Positions 49,390 through 61,368 of a stretch of DNA of 64,000 nucleotides are shown here, piece by piece. Source of the stretch: an uncultured Candidatus Rokubacteria bacterium (GTDB lineage Bacteria > Methylomirabilota > Methylomirabilia > Rokubacteriales > CSP1-6); NCBI GenBank assembly GCA_963762145.1, contig CAVXJS010000010.1:1-64000 (forward strand), written 5' to 3'. A model generated the notes under the pieces. It did not search any database. It was not told the origin of the DNA and worked only from the letters and a program-made list of their open reading frames with translations. Position 1 is the first letter of the stretch; each line of letters begins with the position of its first letter. Both the position numbers and the translations under genes were made by a program.

Positions 49390-50760
49390 TCAGCGCGGTC
49401 TGCGCTCGGCCGCCAGCACCGCGGCGAACGTCTCGACCAGGCTCTCCAGCTCCGCGTCGCCCATCGGCGTCGAGAGGCAGCCGAGGCCGGTGATGGACAG
49501 CAGCACCCCGGACTCCATGAGCCGGCGGACGATCCGGCGGAGCCGCTCGGCCTCCTCGGGCGTGGTGCGGGTGCTGCGGTAGTCGGTCAGCTCCCGGTCG
49601 GTCGGGTGCAGGCGGAAGAGCGAGCCCATGCCGGTGACCGCGCCCGGCACGCCCGCGCGCTTGAAGCAGGCCTCGAGGCTCGCGCGCAGCTTGGCCCCGA
49701 GCTCGTCGAGCCGGGCGAAGGCCTCGGGCGTCAGCAGCCGCATCGCGACGAGCCCGGCCGCCATCGTGACCGGGTTGGCGTTGAAGGTCCCCCCGTGCGG
49801 CGCCGCCGGCTGGCCCCCGGTGGGGTCGAAGACCGCCATCACGTCGGCGCGGCCGGCCACCGCGCCCACCGGGAAGCCGCCCCCGATGATCTTGCCGAGC
49901 GTGGTCATGTCCGGCGTGACGCCGAACACGCCCTGGGCGCCCTGGTAGCCCACCCGGAACGTGATGACCTCGTCGAAGATGAGCGCGATGCCGTGCGCGC
50001 TCGTCACGTCGCGCAGCGCGCGGAGGAGCTCGCGGCGCGCCGGCATCAGCCCCACCCGGTTCGGGATCGGATCGACGAGGACGGCGGCCAGGTCCGTCGC
50101 CTCGCGCTCGATGCGCGCGACGGCCAGCTCCGGGTGATTGAACGGCAGCACCACGACGTCCTCCAGCACCGCCGGCGGCGTGCCGCGCGAGTACGCGGTG
50201 CTGGCGGGCGATGCCAGGCTGCCCCAGTTCTCGGGGGAGGAGCCGAGGCTCACCTCCGCGTAGTCGTAGGACCCGTGGTAGGCGCCCTCGAACTTGGCGA
50301 TCTTGGGCCGGCCGGTCCAGGCCCGCGCGCCCTTGATCGCCATCATCACCGCCTCGCTGCCCGAGTTGGTGAAGCGCACGCGCTCGGCGGAGGGGAGGCG
50401 CTCGCAGAGCAGCGCGGCGAGCTCGACCTCTTCCGGGGTCGGCAGCGGGAACGACGAGCCCAGCGCGAGCCGCCGCGTGGCCGCCTCGACGATCGCGGCG
50501 TGCGCGTGCCCGTGGATCAGCGCGGTGTAGTTGTTGAGGCAGTCGAGGCGGCGGTCGCCCTCGACGTCCGTGACCCAGCAGCCGTCGCCCGAGGCCGCAT
50601 AGGGCGGATAGGGTGCCATGTACACGGTGGTGCGCGTGTTGCCGCCCGGCATCACGCCCTGCGCCTTCGCGAACAGGGCGGCCGACTTCGAGCCGGGCTC
50701 GGCCCAGCGTCGCGTCTCGCCCAGCGCCTGCGGGGTCCTGGCTCCAGTGGTCGAGGTCAT
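49390..50760 (-). CDS. Class III aminotransferase (glutamate-1-semialdehyde aminomutase-like)
   Basis: VRFTNSGSEA, FEGAYHG, LIFDEVITFR, LGKIIGGGFP, HGGTFNANP. Confidence 0.92.
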   Translation of the reverse strand: MTSTTGARTPQALGETRRWAEPGSKSAALFAKAQGVMPGGNTRTTVYMAPYPPYAASGDGCWVTDVEGDRRLDCLNNYTALIHGHAHAAIVEAATRRLALGSSFPLPTPEEVELAALLCERLPSAERVRFTNSGSEAVMMAIKGARAWTGRPKIAKFEGAYHGSYDYAEVSLGSSPENWGSLASPASTAYSRGTPPAVLEDVVVLPFNHPELAVARIEREATDLAAVLVDPIPNRVGLMPARRELLRALRDVTSAHGIALIFDEVITFRVGYQGAQGVFGVTPDMTTLGKIIGGGFPVGAVAGRADVMAVFDPTGGQPAAPHGGTFNANPVTMAAGLVAMRLLTPEAFARLDELGAKLRASLEACFKRAGVPGAVTGMGSLFRLHPTDRELTDYRSTRTTPEEAERLRRIVRRLMESGVLLSITGLGCLSTPMGDAELESLVETFAAVLAAERRPR

Positions 50761-50849
50761 GGGAGATCCTCCGGACGAGATCATACCCCGGTCGATCGCC
50801 GGCCGTCGTCGCCTTGACAGGGGCCCGCGTGGCCCCGCAGTATCCGGCG

Positions 50850-51720
50850 ATGACGGGCATGCCGTTCATCGCGTCGAACGGACTCACCGAGGCGGGACAG
50901 CAGCCGGACCATCGAGGCCGGGGGCATGACGGTCCACTACCACGACGTGGGCACGCGGGGAGCCGGTGCTCTTCCTGCACTCCTACGGGCCCGGCACCAC
51001 CGCGTGGATCACCTTCTACAAGACGCTCGGCGCGCTCTCGCAGCACTTCCGCTGCATCCTCATGGACCTGCCGAACTTCAGCAAGACCGGGACCGATCGT
51101 CTACCGCGAGGGCGTGCACGCGGTCCAGGCCCGCACCGCCGTCGCCCTCATGGACGCGCTGGGCATCGAGCGGGCGCACTTCGTCGGCAACTCGCAGGGC
51201 GGGCAATCGTCGATGGTCGCGGCCATCACGTACCCGGACCGGGTCACCAGGTTCGTGATGGGCGGCTCGCACATCGGCACCGGCGGCGACCGCTACCTGA
51301 TGGCCAATCGGCCCTCGGAGGGCAGCCGGGCCACGCGCGAGGCGCTCGCCGATCCGACGCCGCGAGAACATCCGCCGCTATCTGCGCGTGCACATCGACG
51401 ACGAGGCGCTGGTCACCGACGAGCTGGTGGACTACATCCACCGGGCGCATACCGTGGTCGCCGGCGTTCGACGAGGCGCGCCGGCAGTCGGTGAGCGTGC
51501 CGCACGACTACACGCCGGACGCTCGCCGGCATCCAGGCGCCCGTGCTCCTCATCCACGGGCGCTACGACCGGATGGTCGCCTTCGAGGTGAGCATCGCCA
51601 TCCTCAACCACATCGCCGACTCGCGGCTGGTGCTCCTCAACAACTGCGGCCACTGGCCGCCGTTCGAGAAGCCGGCGGAGTACGCCGCGCACGTGCTGCG
51701 CGTTCCTGCAGGGCTACTGA
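50850..51720 (+). CDS. Alpha/beta hydrolase, meta-cleavage-product C-C hydrolase-like (MhpC/BphD type); several indels
   Basis: VHYHDVG, LFLHSYGPG..W, GNSQGG, HGRYDR, NCGHWPPFEKP distributed over three frames. Confidence 0.8.
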
Positions 51721-51746
51721 GGCCTGTCCGCACGCGAGGACGGCGG

Positions 51747-52308
51747 CTAGAGGAAGATGCTGAGGTTCTTGTCGAGCAGGACGTTGGCGTCGAGCACGAT
51801 CGTGCGCTTCGCGATCTTCCACGCGCCCTTCGACCCGGCGCAGCACGTCCTCGCGGCTCCCGGCGAGGAGCTGGTGGTCCGTCTCCAGGTGCGAGCGGTA
51901 GACGAGGAACGCGGTCCTGGCCTGGACCTCGCCGCTGGCCAGCGGCTCCGACCACCAGGTTGCCGACCAGGTGGCGCGTGCGCGACGGAGGGTCCTCGGC
52001 CCAGGCCATCCCCGTGTCGAGCCGCGCCACCCGCATCTCCAGGTAGCGCTTGTCGTCCTCGAACAGCGCCAGGTCGCCGAGCGGCGTCACTCGCGGTGCG
52101 ACTCGCGGCGCGGGACGTTCTTGCGGCGGGGCATGAAGTAGAGCACGTCGTCCGTGAACAGCTCCAGCCACTCCTCGAACTTGCGCTCGTCCAGCAGCCA
52201 GGCCTCGCGGATGTAGAACTGCATCAGCTCGAGCCACAGGGCCTGCTGCGGCGTCAGCGCCGGTGTCCGGGCCTCGGGGCGAGCGGTGCGGCGCGCGCGC
52301 TTCCTCAT
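51747..52308 (-). CDS. Aromatic-ring-hydroxylating dioxygenase beta subunit; indels
   Basis: FYIREAWLLDERKFEEWL..F..D..YFMP, WAEDPPSRTRHLV, LDANVLLDKNLSIFL. Confidence 0.88.
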
Positions 52309-52318
52309 CGACGGACCG

Positions 52319-53662
52319 CTAGCCCCGCAGGGTGGCCGTGCCCTCGAAGCGGGCCGTGATCGGGTCGAGGGGGATGTCCGCCCAGCTCTCGGCGTTCATG
52401 AACTCCTGCCAGCGCAGGTAGAAGTGCCGCTGGTTGTTCTCCGAGATGTAGCGCTCGGACACCAGCCCCGGGTAGTCGGGATGCGGCCCGGCGTGGCCGA
52501 GCCCCATCGACAGATCCTGGGGGTACCGGCGGCCGAGGCGGCTCGTGCTCGCCGCCGTCACCTGGCGCCAGTTGTCGACGTCGTCCTGCTCGAACAGCCC
52601 CGCGGCGCCGTTGTTCGCCTGGCTCCCGATCCGGATCACGCGCTTGATGGCCTCGGGCGCGTCCTTCTCGAGCAGCACGAAGTGCCAGAACTCGGTCTGG
52701 AGCGGGCCGCGCGGAAGCGCCAGCCGGAAGCCGAGGACCCCGTTCGGGAAGAGGCTGTGGTTGCCGAGCTGGACCTGGCGCGCGCGGAACGTGCCGAGCC
52801 GCCGCTCGACCTCGGGCAGGGTGGCGTCGTGGTACTCCTGGAAGAGCTGGAAGGTCTCGCGCGACATGCCGTGCACGTACCGGGGCGTGCTGTCGTCGGC
52901 GTCCCGGAAGGTGAGCGAGTGCCCGTTGACGAAGACGTGCTTGTTCGGGCTCTCGAACTGGTCCTTGTGCGAGAGGCGCGGGCGGCCGAGGAAGCGGCTC
53001 TGCACCAGGGCGCTGGACGAGGTGGCTGGTCGGGACGTGGTAGTTGTCGGAGCAGTTGTCCACCATCGTCTTCCAGTTGACCGGCTCGAGCCATTTCATC
53101 GGACCGAGGGCCTGCATGCCGCCGTCCCGCCGGTTGAAGACCGTGTCCAGGTACCAGCGCGCGTCGCCCAGGTAGGCCTCGAGGCTCGGGGCGTCCTGCG
53201 GCCCAGGTGGCGAAGACGATCCCGGCATAGGTCTCGACGCGGGCCTCGACGAGGCCGAGCGATCGGCTTGTCCAGCGCGTCGTAGTAGGCCTCGGACTCG
53301 CCCGGCACGTGCTCCAGCGCTGCCGTCGTTGCGCGTAGGTCCAGCCGTGGTAGGTGCACATGAAGCGCGTGGCGTTGCCGTCATCGCAGCGCACCACGCG
53401 GTTGCCGCGGTGCCGGCACATGTTCAGGAGCGCGTGGAGGCGGCCCTGGCCGTCGCGGGTGAGGATGACCGGGTCCTCGCCCATGTACGTGTGGAAGAAG
53501 TCGTTGGCCTGGGGCACCAGGCTCTCGTGCCCGATCATCAGCCAGGCGCGCCCGAAGATCTTCTCCATCTCCGTCGTCGTAGATCGCCTGGTCGCTGAAG
53601 ATGCGCCGGTCGATCTTGCCGGTGGCGGGGTCGATGACGGCGTACTTCCGCGTGGCGCCCAT
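52319..53662 (-). CDS. Rieske aromatic-ring-hydroxylating dioxygenase alpha subunit; indels
   Basis: Rieske CRHRG...CTYHGW; NWK...DNYHVPTSH; FEQDD; SENNQRHFY. Confidence 0.9.
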
Positions 53663-53753
53663 CGCGGGTCCTCCTTGTCGCGCTCATTATAGGACGAGGC
53701 GGGTCGGCGCATCACGGCGGTTTCGGCGTACTATCATCCGCGAGGAGACGACG

Positions 53754-56059
53754 GTGAGCTTCCGCGTCATCGGCAAGGGCACCCCGAAGCGCGATGGGGC
53801 CGAGAAGGTCACCGGCCACACCCAGTTCCTGCACGACGTCACGCTGCCGCGCCTGGCCCACGGCGCGATCCTCCGCACGCCCTACCCGCACGCGCGCGTC
53901 CTGCGCATCGACACGAGCGCGGCCGAGGCGCTGCCCGGGGTGGTCGCGGTGATCACCGCCGACCGCGTCGAGCAGCACCCGTTCGGCTTCGCCAAGGACC
54001 ATCTGGCGCTCAAGGGCGGCGCGGCCGACGGCGGCAAGGTGCGCTGCATCCGGGACGAGGTCGCCGCGGTGGCCGCGCTGACCGAGGAGATCGCCCAGGA
54101 GGCGGTGCGGCGCATCCGGGTGGACTACGAGGAGCTGCCGGCGGTGTTCGACCCGGCGGCGGCGCTCGCGCCGGGCGCTCCGCTCGTCCACGACGAGCGC
54201 GGCGGCAATCTCGTCAACCTCCGCTACCAGTTCGCGCACGGCGACGTGGAGGCGGCCTTCGCCCGGGCCGACGCGGTCGTGGTCGAGGGCGAGTACCGGC
54301 TCAACTACGTCACCACCGCCTGCCTGGGCACCATGGTGGCGATCGCGGCCTGGAGCCAGCCCGAGAGTCCGACGCGTCCCTCACGATGTGGAGCACGACC
54401 CAGGTGCCGTTCCTCTACCAGCGCGACCTGGCCGAGGCGCTGGGCATCACCGGCGACCGGGTGCGCGTGATGCAGCCGCCGGTCGGCGGCAACTTCGGGC
54501 GCGGGCTCGATCTCTACCCGATCGACATCATCGCCGCGCTGCTGGCCCGCCGCGCGCGGCGGCCGGTGAAGATCGCCTTCGAGCGGATCGAGGAGTTCAT
54601 CGCGAGCCCGACCCGCGAGCCGTGCGTGATCCACCTCCGGACCGCGGCGGATCGCGACGGCCGGCTGCTCGCCCGCGACGCGCGCGTGGTGATCGACAAC
54701 GGCGCCTACGTCTCCTGGGGCTCGACCACGCCGTACGTGATGCTGTCCACCACCGCCGGGCTCTATCGCGTGCCCGCGGTGCGCTTCGACACCACGATCG
54801 TCTACACCAACAATCCCTACTCCGGCTCCATGCGCGGCTACGGCAATCTCGAGAGCACGTTCGCCATCGAGGCCCAGATGGACGACCTGGCCGAGCGGCT
54901 CGCCCTCGATCCGGTCGAGATTCGCCGCCGCAACGCCACGCGGCCGGGCGACGTGAACCCGCAGGGCAACGTCGTCACCTCCTGCGCGATGACCGAGTGC
55001 CTGGACGCGGTCGAGCGCGAGATGCGGAAGGCGGCGGGCGAGACCCCGCGGCCCGGCTGGCGCCGGGGCGTCGGCTACGCGGGCGATGTTCCACGTGGGC
55101 GGCGGCGCGCGCGTGTACCGCTCCGACGGCTGCGGGGCCATCCTCAGGCTGGACGACTTCGGCAAGGTCTCGCTGCTCACCGGGGCCAGCGAGATCGGGC
55201 AGGGATCGGAGACGGTGCTGGCCATGATCGTGGCCGAGGCGCTGGGCGTCCCGCTCGGGCGGGTGGAGGTGATCAACAGCGACACCGCGATCAAGCCCTG
55301 GGACGTGGGCGTGCACGCCAGCCGCACCACGTTCATCGCCGGCAACGCCGCGCTCCTGGCCGCGCGCGAAGCTGCGAGGCCAAGCTCCTCGCGCTGGCCG
55401 CCACGGTGATGGACGAGCGCGAGGACGATCTCGAGGTCGCCGACGGCCGCGTCCGCGTCAAGGGGCCATCCCGAGCGCAGCATGGAGTACGAGCGGGTGG
55501 TCCGCGCCGGCCACTTCCGCGAGGGCGGCCGCACGCTGGTGGCCGAGGCCTTCTACGATCCGCCCAACGAGATGCTGTCGAAGGACCTGCGCGGCAACGT
55601 CTCGGCCGCGTACGGCTTCGCCGCGCAGGCCGCGCTGGTGGAGGTGAGCGAGGCGACCGGCCAGGTGCGCGGTGCTGAAGATCGCGTCGGCTCACGACGT
55701 GGGCCGCGCCCTCAACCCGCTCGCCGCCGAGGGGCAGATCCACGGCGGCATCCACATGGGGCTCGGCTACGCCCTGTCCGAGGAGCTGCGTGATCGAGCA
55801 GGGGCGCGTGCTGAATCCCCAGTTCATGGAGTACGCGCTGCTCACCGCCGCCGACATGCCCGAGATCGTGATCCACCTGATCGAGACCGTCGACGAGGCC
55901 GGCCCCTTCGGCGCCAAGGGGCTCGGCGAGTCCGGAGTGATCCCGGTGGCCGCCGCGGTGGCCAACGCGGTGAAGGACGCGGTGGGCGTGCGGCTCACCG
56001 CGCTGCCGATGACGCCCGAGCGCGTGTTCCGGGCGCTGGCGTCGCGGCCCTCGCCGTGA
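53754..56059 (+). CDS. Xanthine dehydrogenase-family molybdopterin-binding subunit (4-hydroxybenzoyl-CoA reductase alpha-like); indels
   Basis: KVTG...PYPHARV, VGGNFG, SMRGYG, EIGQGSET, HASRTT, AEGQIHGG, GAKGLGE. Confidence 0.88.
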
Positions 56060-56089
56060 GCGCGCCCCCAGCGTGAGCGCTCGCCCTTC

Positions 56090-57370
56090 ATGAGTGCTCG
56101 GATGTGGGAGCCGCAGGCCGAGTCGCTCCCGCGGGAGGCGCTGGAGCGGCAGACGCTCGAGGGGCTCCGGCGGACGCTCGGCCACGCCCGGGGCCACGAG
56201 GCCTGGCGGCGCCGACTCGGCGACGTGGAGCCCGGCGACATCCGCGCGGCCGCCGACTGGTCCGGGCTGCCCGTTCCTCACCAAGGACGAGCTGCGCGAC
56301 GCCTATCCGTTCGGCCTCGCCTGCGCCGAGCCCGGGCGCGTCCTGCGCGTGCACATGTCCTCGGGCACCACCGGCAACCCGGTCGTCAACCCGTACACGC
56401 GCGCCGACGTGGAGCAGTGGACCACGGTGATGGCGCGCTGCCTCGTGACGGCGGGCGTGGGCCCGCGGGACGTGGTGCAGGTGACGCCGTCGTTCGGCCT
56501 CTTCACCGGCGGCTTCGGGTTCCACTACGGGGCCGAGCGGATCGGGGCGATGGTGGTGCCGATCGGCGCCGGCCGCACGTCCTTGCAGCTGCAGCTCATG
56601 CGCGACCTCGGGGCCACGGTGCTGGCCGCCATCTCCACCTATCCGCTGCGCCTCCTCGAGGTGGCGCGCGCGCGAGCGGTTCGATCTGGGCTCGCTCCGG
56701 CTCCGGGTGGCGCTGCTGGGCTCCGAGATGTGGTCCGACGACCTGCGCGGGCTGATCGAGCGCGAGCTCGGCCTCATCACCTTCGACATCATCGGGATGA
56801 CCGAGACGGGCGGCCCCGGGCTCGGCATCGACTGCCCGGCGCGGGCCGGCATCCACGTCTGGGAGGACCACTACTTCTGCGAGATCGTGGACCCGGCCAC
56901 CGGGCGCCCGCGCGCGGACGGCGAGCCGGGTGAGCTGGTGGTGAGCACGCTCACCCGCGAAGGGCTTCCGCTGATCCGCTACCGGACCCACGACCTGACG
57001 CGCGTGCTGGGCCGCGAGCCCTGCGCGCTGCGGACGCACCCACCTGCGCCTGGACCGTCTGCACGGGCGCACCGACGACATGGTGATCTTCCGTGGCGTC
57101 AACTTCTACCCGCGCCAGGTCGAATCGCTGCTGCTCAAGCAGCCCGGCGCGGGCCCCGAGTACCAGATCGTCCTCGACCGGAGCCCGGGCGGCAGCGACC
57201 GGCTCGCGTTGCTGCTCGAGGCCCGCCCGGGGTTCGCCGAGACGGGCCTGCCTCGGCTCCGCGCCGAGCTCCGGCAATTCCTGAACCTGAGCCCGGAGAT
57301 CACGCTGCTCGAGGAGGGCGCGCTGCCACGCGCCCCTGGGAAGGCGGTGCGGGTGGTGGACCGGCGCTAG
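56090..57370 (+). CDS. paaK: Phenylacetate--CoA ligase family protein; indels
   Basis: TKDELRDAYPFG, HMSSGTTGNP, GLFTGGFG.HYGAE, GMTE, PLIRYRT, GRTDDM..FRGVNFYP, GKAVRVVDRR. Confidence 0.85.
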
Positions 57371-57975
57371 TACGCCTTCCGCGCCCGCCGGTTCGACCGC
57401 ACCATGTAGACGATCACGCCGCCGGCCACCGCGATCAGCGCGGCGAGCGCCACCCAATGCTCCACCCGGTGCACGTCGGCCATGATGGCGGTGACCCGGT
57501 TCGTGAACAGGTAGGCCAGCGCGAAGGTGAGGGGCACGGTCACCGCGGCGGCGGCCGCGTCGGCCACGAGGAACTTCCAGAACGGCACGCGCGCGATCCC
57601 CGCGGTCAGGAACGCCGCGGCGCGGAGCCCCGCGACGTGGCGCGACATGGCGACTGTCTTCATCGCGTGCGTGCGGTAGGCCTCGGTCAGCAAGGCCGCG
57701 CGCTCCGCCGTCAGCACCCAGCGGACCGCGCCCCAGCGAAGGACGCGCTCGCCCCACCGCCGGCCGATCCAGTAGAGCGTCACGTCGCCGGACAGCACGC
57801 CGAGCAGGCACACCGGCAACGCGAGCCACCACCGCATCAGGCGCTCGTGGCTCAGGATGCCGGCGGCGACGATCGGCATCTCCTCCGGGATCGGCACGCC
57901 GAGGCCGCCGAGGAGCAGGACGAGCAGGATTCCGGCGTAGGTGAACCGGTCGAGGAGCTCCTGGAGGATGGCCAT
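57367..57975 (-). CDS. DedA family membrane protein
   Basis: LGVPIPEE...AG...SGDVTLYWIGR; SRHVAGLR. Confidence 0.9.
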   Translation of the reverse strand: MAILQELLDRFTYAGILLVLLLGGLGVPIPEEMPIVAAGILSHERLMRWWLALPVCLLGVLSGDVTLYWIGRRWGERVLRWGAVRWVLTAERAALLTEAYRTHAMKTVAMSRHVAGLRAAAFLTAGIARVPFWKFLVADAAAAAVTVPLTFALAYLFTNRVTAIMADVHRVEHWVALAALIAVAGGVIVYMVRSNRRARKAY

Positions 57976-58042
57976 CGGATTCGGAGCTTAGCATCCTGGC
58001 GGCGGGAGGAGCGGTGTGGCAGACTCCACGCGGAGGCTCCCC

Positions 58043-58920
58043 ATGCGCGATCCCGACGCCCTGATCTCGACCGACGTCCTGGCCGCCCGACTCGCCGAGC
58101 CCGGGCTGCGCATCTACGACTGCACGACGTATCTGGAGCCGCCCGATCCTGGCTCGGAGGATCCCTACAAGGTGGTGTCCGGCCGGAAGACCTTCGTCGC
58201 CGGCCACATCCCGGGGGCCGACTTCCTCGACCTGCAGGGGGAGCTCTCCGCGACCGACACGAAGCTCAAGTTCATGATGCCGCCGGCCGAGCACCTGGCG
58301 CGCGCCCTCGGTCAGCACGGCCTGGGTGACGGTGCCCGGGTCGTGCTCTACAGTATCGACAGCATGATGTGGTCCACGCGGGTCTGGTGGATGCTCCGGG
58401 CGCTCGGCTTCGACGGTGCCGCGGTGCTCGATGGCGGCTTCGACCGCTGGCAGGCGGAGGGCCGCGCGATCGAGACCGGCGAGCCGCAAGGCTACCCGCC
58501 CGCCAGGTTCACGCCGCGACTCCGCCCGGGACGGTTCGTCGACAAGGCCGCGGTCAAGGCTGCGATCGGCGACCCCGGCACCGTGACCATGAACGCGCTC
58601 CGTCCCCAATCCCACCAGGGCGTGGGGCCCTCGCCCTACGGCCGGCCGGGCCGCGTGCCAGGCTCGGTCAACGTGCCGGCGGCGACGCTCGATCGATCCC
58701 GCGAGCAAGCGCTTCGTCTCGCCGGCCGCCGCCCTCGCGCAGTTCGACGCCGCCGGCATCGACGAAGGACAAGCACGTGATCGCCTACTGCGGGGGCGGG
58801 ATCTCGGCCACGCTCGACCTCTTCGTGCTGCACCAGCTCGGCTTCGACGACATCACGCTCTACGACGGTTCGATGGGCGAGTGGGCGAAGGACCCGAGCC
58901 TGCCGATCGAGACCGGCTAG
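58043..58920 (+). CDS. Tandem-rhodanese sulfurtransferase (SseA-like); indels near 58690-58765
   Basis: GHIPGA, RVWW, VLDGG, GRVPGS, active loop YCGGGISA, LYDGSMGEW. Confidence 0.88.
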
Positions 58921-60083
58921 CGCTTCTTCTTGAAGGCCGGCATCACCTGCGCGGAGAAGCGCTCGAGCTGCTCGAGGATCACCGCCTGCGGCGTGCCGAC
59001 CGGCTGGCCGACGTTGACGACCTCGAGGCCGGGGTACTTGTGCTGGATCTCCATGAGCTGCTCGGTGATGAGCTCGGGCGGCCCGATCAGCCATGAGCCC
59101 GCCTTGACCGCGTTGCGCAGCGTCGGCAGGTTGGCCTGACGCACCCGCTTCGGGTCGGCCACCGCGTCGATCTGCTCGGGGGTGAGGCCGGGCACGAAGC
59201 CGAGCGGGGCGAACATCTTGATGTTCTCCTCGAAGAACGGCGTCGCCTCCTTGATGCCCTGGTCGACGCTGTCGGCGATGTGGAACGAGAACCCGATGCA
59301 GAGCCCCTCGCCCAGCTCGCCCTCCCGTCCGGCGCGGGCGCGGGACTCGCGGAAGGCGTTGACCACCTTCTCGTTGGCGCCGCCGGGTGCCGCGCCGCCG
59401 CCGATGATGCCCCGGATGTCGTGCTTCGCCATGAAGTCGAGCGCCCGCGGGCTCGCGCTGACCACCGGCTGCCAGCACTCGACGGGCAGCGTCTTCGGCC
59501 GCGGCACCAGCGTGATCTCCTCGAGCTCGTAGCCCCGGTAGGGCACGCGCGGCGGGATCGTGTAGTGCTTGCCCTGGTGCGAGAAGGCGCGCTCGTTGAA
59601 CGACTTGAAGATGAGGTCGACCTGCTCCTCGAAGAGCTCGCGGTTGGCGTTCTGGTCGAGCAGCGGCGCCCCGAACGCCTCGACCTCGCGGGTGTGGTAG
59701 CCGCGCCCGACGCCGAACACGACGCGGCCGCCGGTCAGCCAGTCGACGGTGGCGAAGTCCTCGGCCATCCGGATCGGGTGCCACATCGGCGCGATGTTGA
59801 AGCCGCAGCCGACGCGGATGTTCTTCGTGAGGTGGCAGAGGTGCAGGGCCAGCATCAGCACGTTCGGGATGCACTCGTAGCCTTCGCGCTGGAAGTGGTG
59901 CTCGGCCAGCCAGAAGACGTCGTAGCCGGTCCGGTCCATCAGCTTGGCGATCGCCTCGCTCTTCGGGAACACCGTCGCCAGGCGCTCGTCGGACAGCCAG
60001 CGATCGTTCGCGGGCGTGCCGTCGAATCCCTCGTTGTCCAGATCCACGTGACCCGCGAAGAGGCTGCCGAAGCTCGTGATCAT
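58917..60083 (-). CDS. LLM-class flavin-dependent oxidoreductase
   Basis: FWLAEHHF, WHPIRMAEDFATVD.LTGGR...GVGRGY. Confidence 0.93.
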   Translation of the reverse strand: MITSFGSLFAGHVDLDNEGFDGTPANDRWLSDERLATVFPKSEAIAKLMDRTGYDVFWLAEHHFQREGYECIPNVLMLALHLCHLTKNIRVGCGFNIAPMWHPIRMAEDFATVDWLTGGRVVFGVGRGYHTREVEAFGAPLLDQNANRELFEEQVDLIFKSFNERAFSHQGKHYTIPPRVPYRGYELEEITLVPRPKTLPVECWQPVVSASPRALDFMAKHDIRGIIGGGAAPGGANEKVVNAFRESRARAGREGELGEGLCIGFSFHIADSVDQGIKEATPFFEENIKMFAPLGFVPGLTPEQIDAVADPKRVRQANLPTLRNAVKAGSWLIGPPELITEQLMEIQHKYPGLEVVNVGQPVGTPQAVILEQLERFSAQVMPAFKKKR

Positions 60084-60094
60084 GATGGCTCCCG

Positions 60095-61279
60095 TCAGGA
60101 CAGCTTGTAGGCCCGGGCGACGTTATCGCCCAGGATGGCGCGGCGCCCCGAGTCCGGCATCGGCGCCACCATCAGGCTAAGCTCCTCGAGGTAGTTGCCC
60201 GGGTGGTCGGGATGCGGGTAGTCGCTCGCCCAGAAGAATTTGTCCTCGCCGACCAGCTGCATCATGGCGGGGATCGTGCGCTCGTCCGGATCGGCCGAGA
60301 TGAAGCACTGGCGCTTGAAGTAGTGCGACGGCTTCTCCTTGAGCCGCACGGTGGCGCCGAGCGTGGTGCCGCCGAAGATGGCGTCGGCCCGGTCCAGGAA
60401 GTAGCCGATCCAGCCCGCCTGCGACTCGAGGACCACCACGCGCAGGCGCGGGAAGCGGTCGAAGACCCCGAGCTGGAAGAACGTGGCGAAGGCCTGCTGC
60501 ACGCCGTGGCCCGCGAAGAGATCGAAGTACCACACCGCCCAGCCGAACTTGTCGAAGCGGTGGTGCACGTTCCAGGCGGGCGGCTCGAACGTCGGGTGGA
60601 TCGCGAGCGGCACGTCCAGGTCCTGCGCGGCCGCGAAGACCGCATCGTGCTCGGGTGCCCCGTGGGGGATGCGCGTGATCGTGAACGGGCACACGAAGGC
60701 CCCGCGGCAGCCGTCGCGCACCGCGCGCTCGAGCTCCCGCGCCGCCTCGGCCGGATCGCCCAGCGAGAGGTGCGCGATGGGGATCAGCCGGCCCCCGGAG
60801 TCGCGACAGAAATCGGCGATCCAGCGGTTGTACGCGCGGCAGTAGGCGCCGGACAGCTCGGCGTCCATCAGCTCGGCCTCCCAGAGGAGCCCGATCGTCG
60901 GGTAGAGGACGGCCTTGGCCATGCCCTCGCGATCGAGGAGCTGCACGCGCTCGGCCATGTCCATGGTGCCGAACGCGGCGCCGCGCAGGTAGGTCTGCTC
61001 CGGCCCCGGCCGGATGCCTCGCATATCTTCTGGCCGCATCTCGCCGCGCATGGCCCGCTCGCGCAGCAGGCGCGCCTCGTCGACGCGTTTGCCCATCCCG
61101 CCCAGCGTGCCGAGCTGGCCGGGGCGGGGCAGGGTGGCGCGCCGCCCGTCGAGCTCGAGGTACTCGTAGCCGTCGTCGCCGACCCGGATCCGGATCGCGC
61201 GGCTCCGGTAGCGCGGCTCGAGATACTTCTCCCAGAGATCGGGTGGCTCGAGGATGTGCCCGTCGCAATCGATGATCAT
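60095..61279 (-). CDS. Amidohydrolase 2 family protein
   Basis: IIDCDGHILEP, YNRW, IHP, VLES, WASDYPH. Confidence 0.92.
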   Translation of the reverse strand: MIIDCDGHILEPPDLWEKYLEPRYRSRAIRIRVGDDGYEYLELDGRRATLPRPGQLGTLGGMGKRVDEARLLRERAMRGEMRPEDMRGIRPGPEQTYLRGAAFGTMDMAERVQLLDREGMAKAVLYPTIGLLWEAELMDAELSGAYCRAYNRWIADFCRDSGGRLIPIAHLSLGDPAEAARELERAVRDGCRGAFVCPFTITRIPHGAPEHDAVFAAAQDLDVPLAIHPTFEPPAWNVHHRFDKFGWAVWYFDLFAGHGVQQAFATFFQLGVFDRFPRLRVVVLESQAGWIGYFLDRADAIFGGTTLGATVRLKEKPSHYFKRQCFISADPDERTIPAMMQLVGEDKFFWASDYPHPDHPGNYLEELSLMVAPMPDSGRRAILGDNVARAYKLS

Positions 61280-61368
61280 GGCGTCGATCCACGGGAACCG
61301 TACCACACCCGGGAGAGCAGCTAAATCGCCGCTTCGGGGTAAATTCTCCCTCTCGTACCATCGTGGGT

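Noticed and set aside
48209-51046. Very long ORFs such as 945 aa here, 662 aa at 10842, 716 aa at 22073, 799 aa at 61321 and 521 aa at 36755
   Set aside because: These are GC-rich off-frame or antisense shadows, or N-terminal over-extensions of real genes; the extensions are R/A/G/P-rich with no motifs.
50850-58920. Run of frameshifted genes read as pseudogenes or programmed frameshifting
   Set aside because: Indels hit most genes in the stretch while catalytic motifs stay intact and no slippery sites are evident. Low-coverage long-read error is more parsimonious; read data are needed to confirm.
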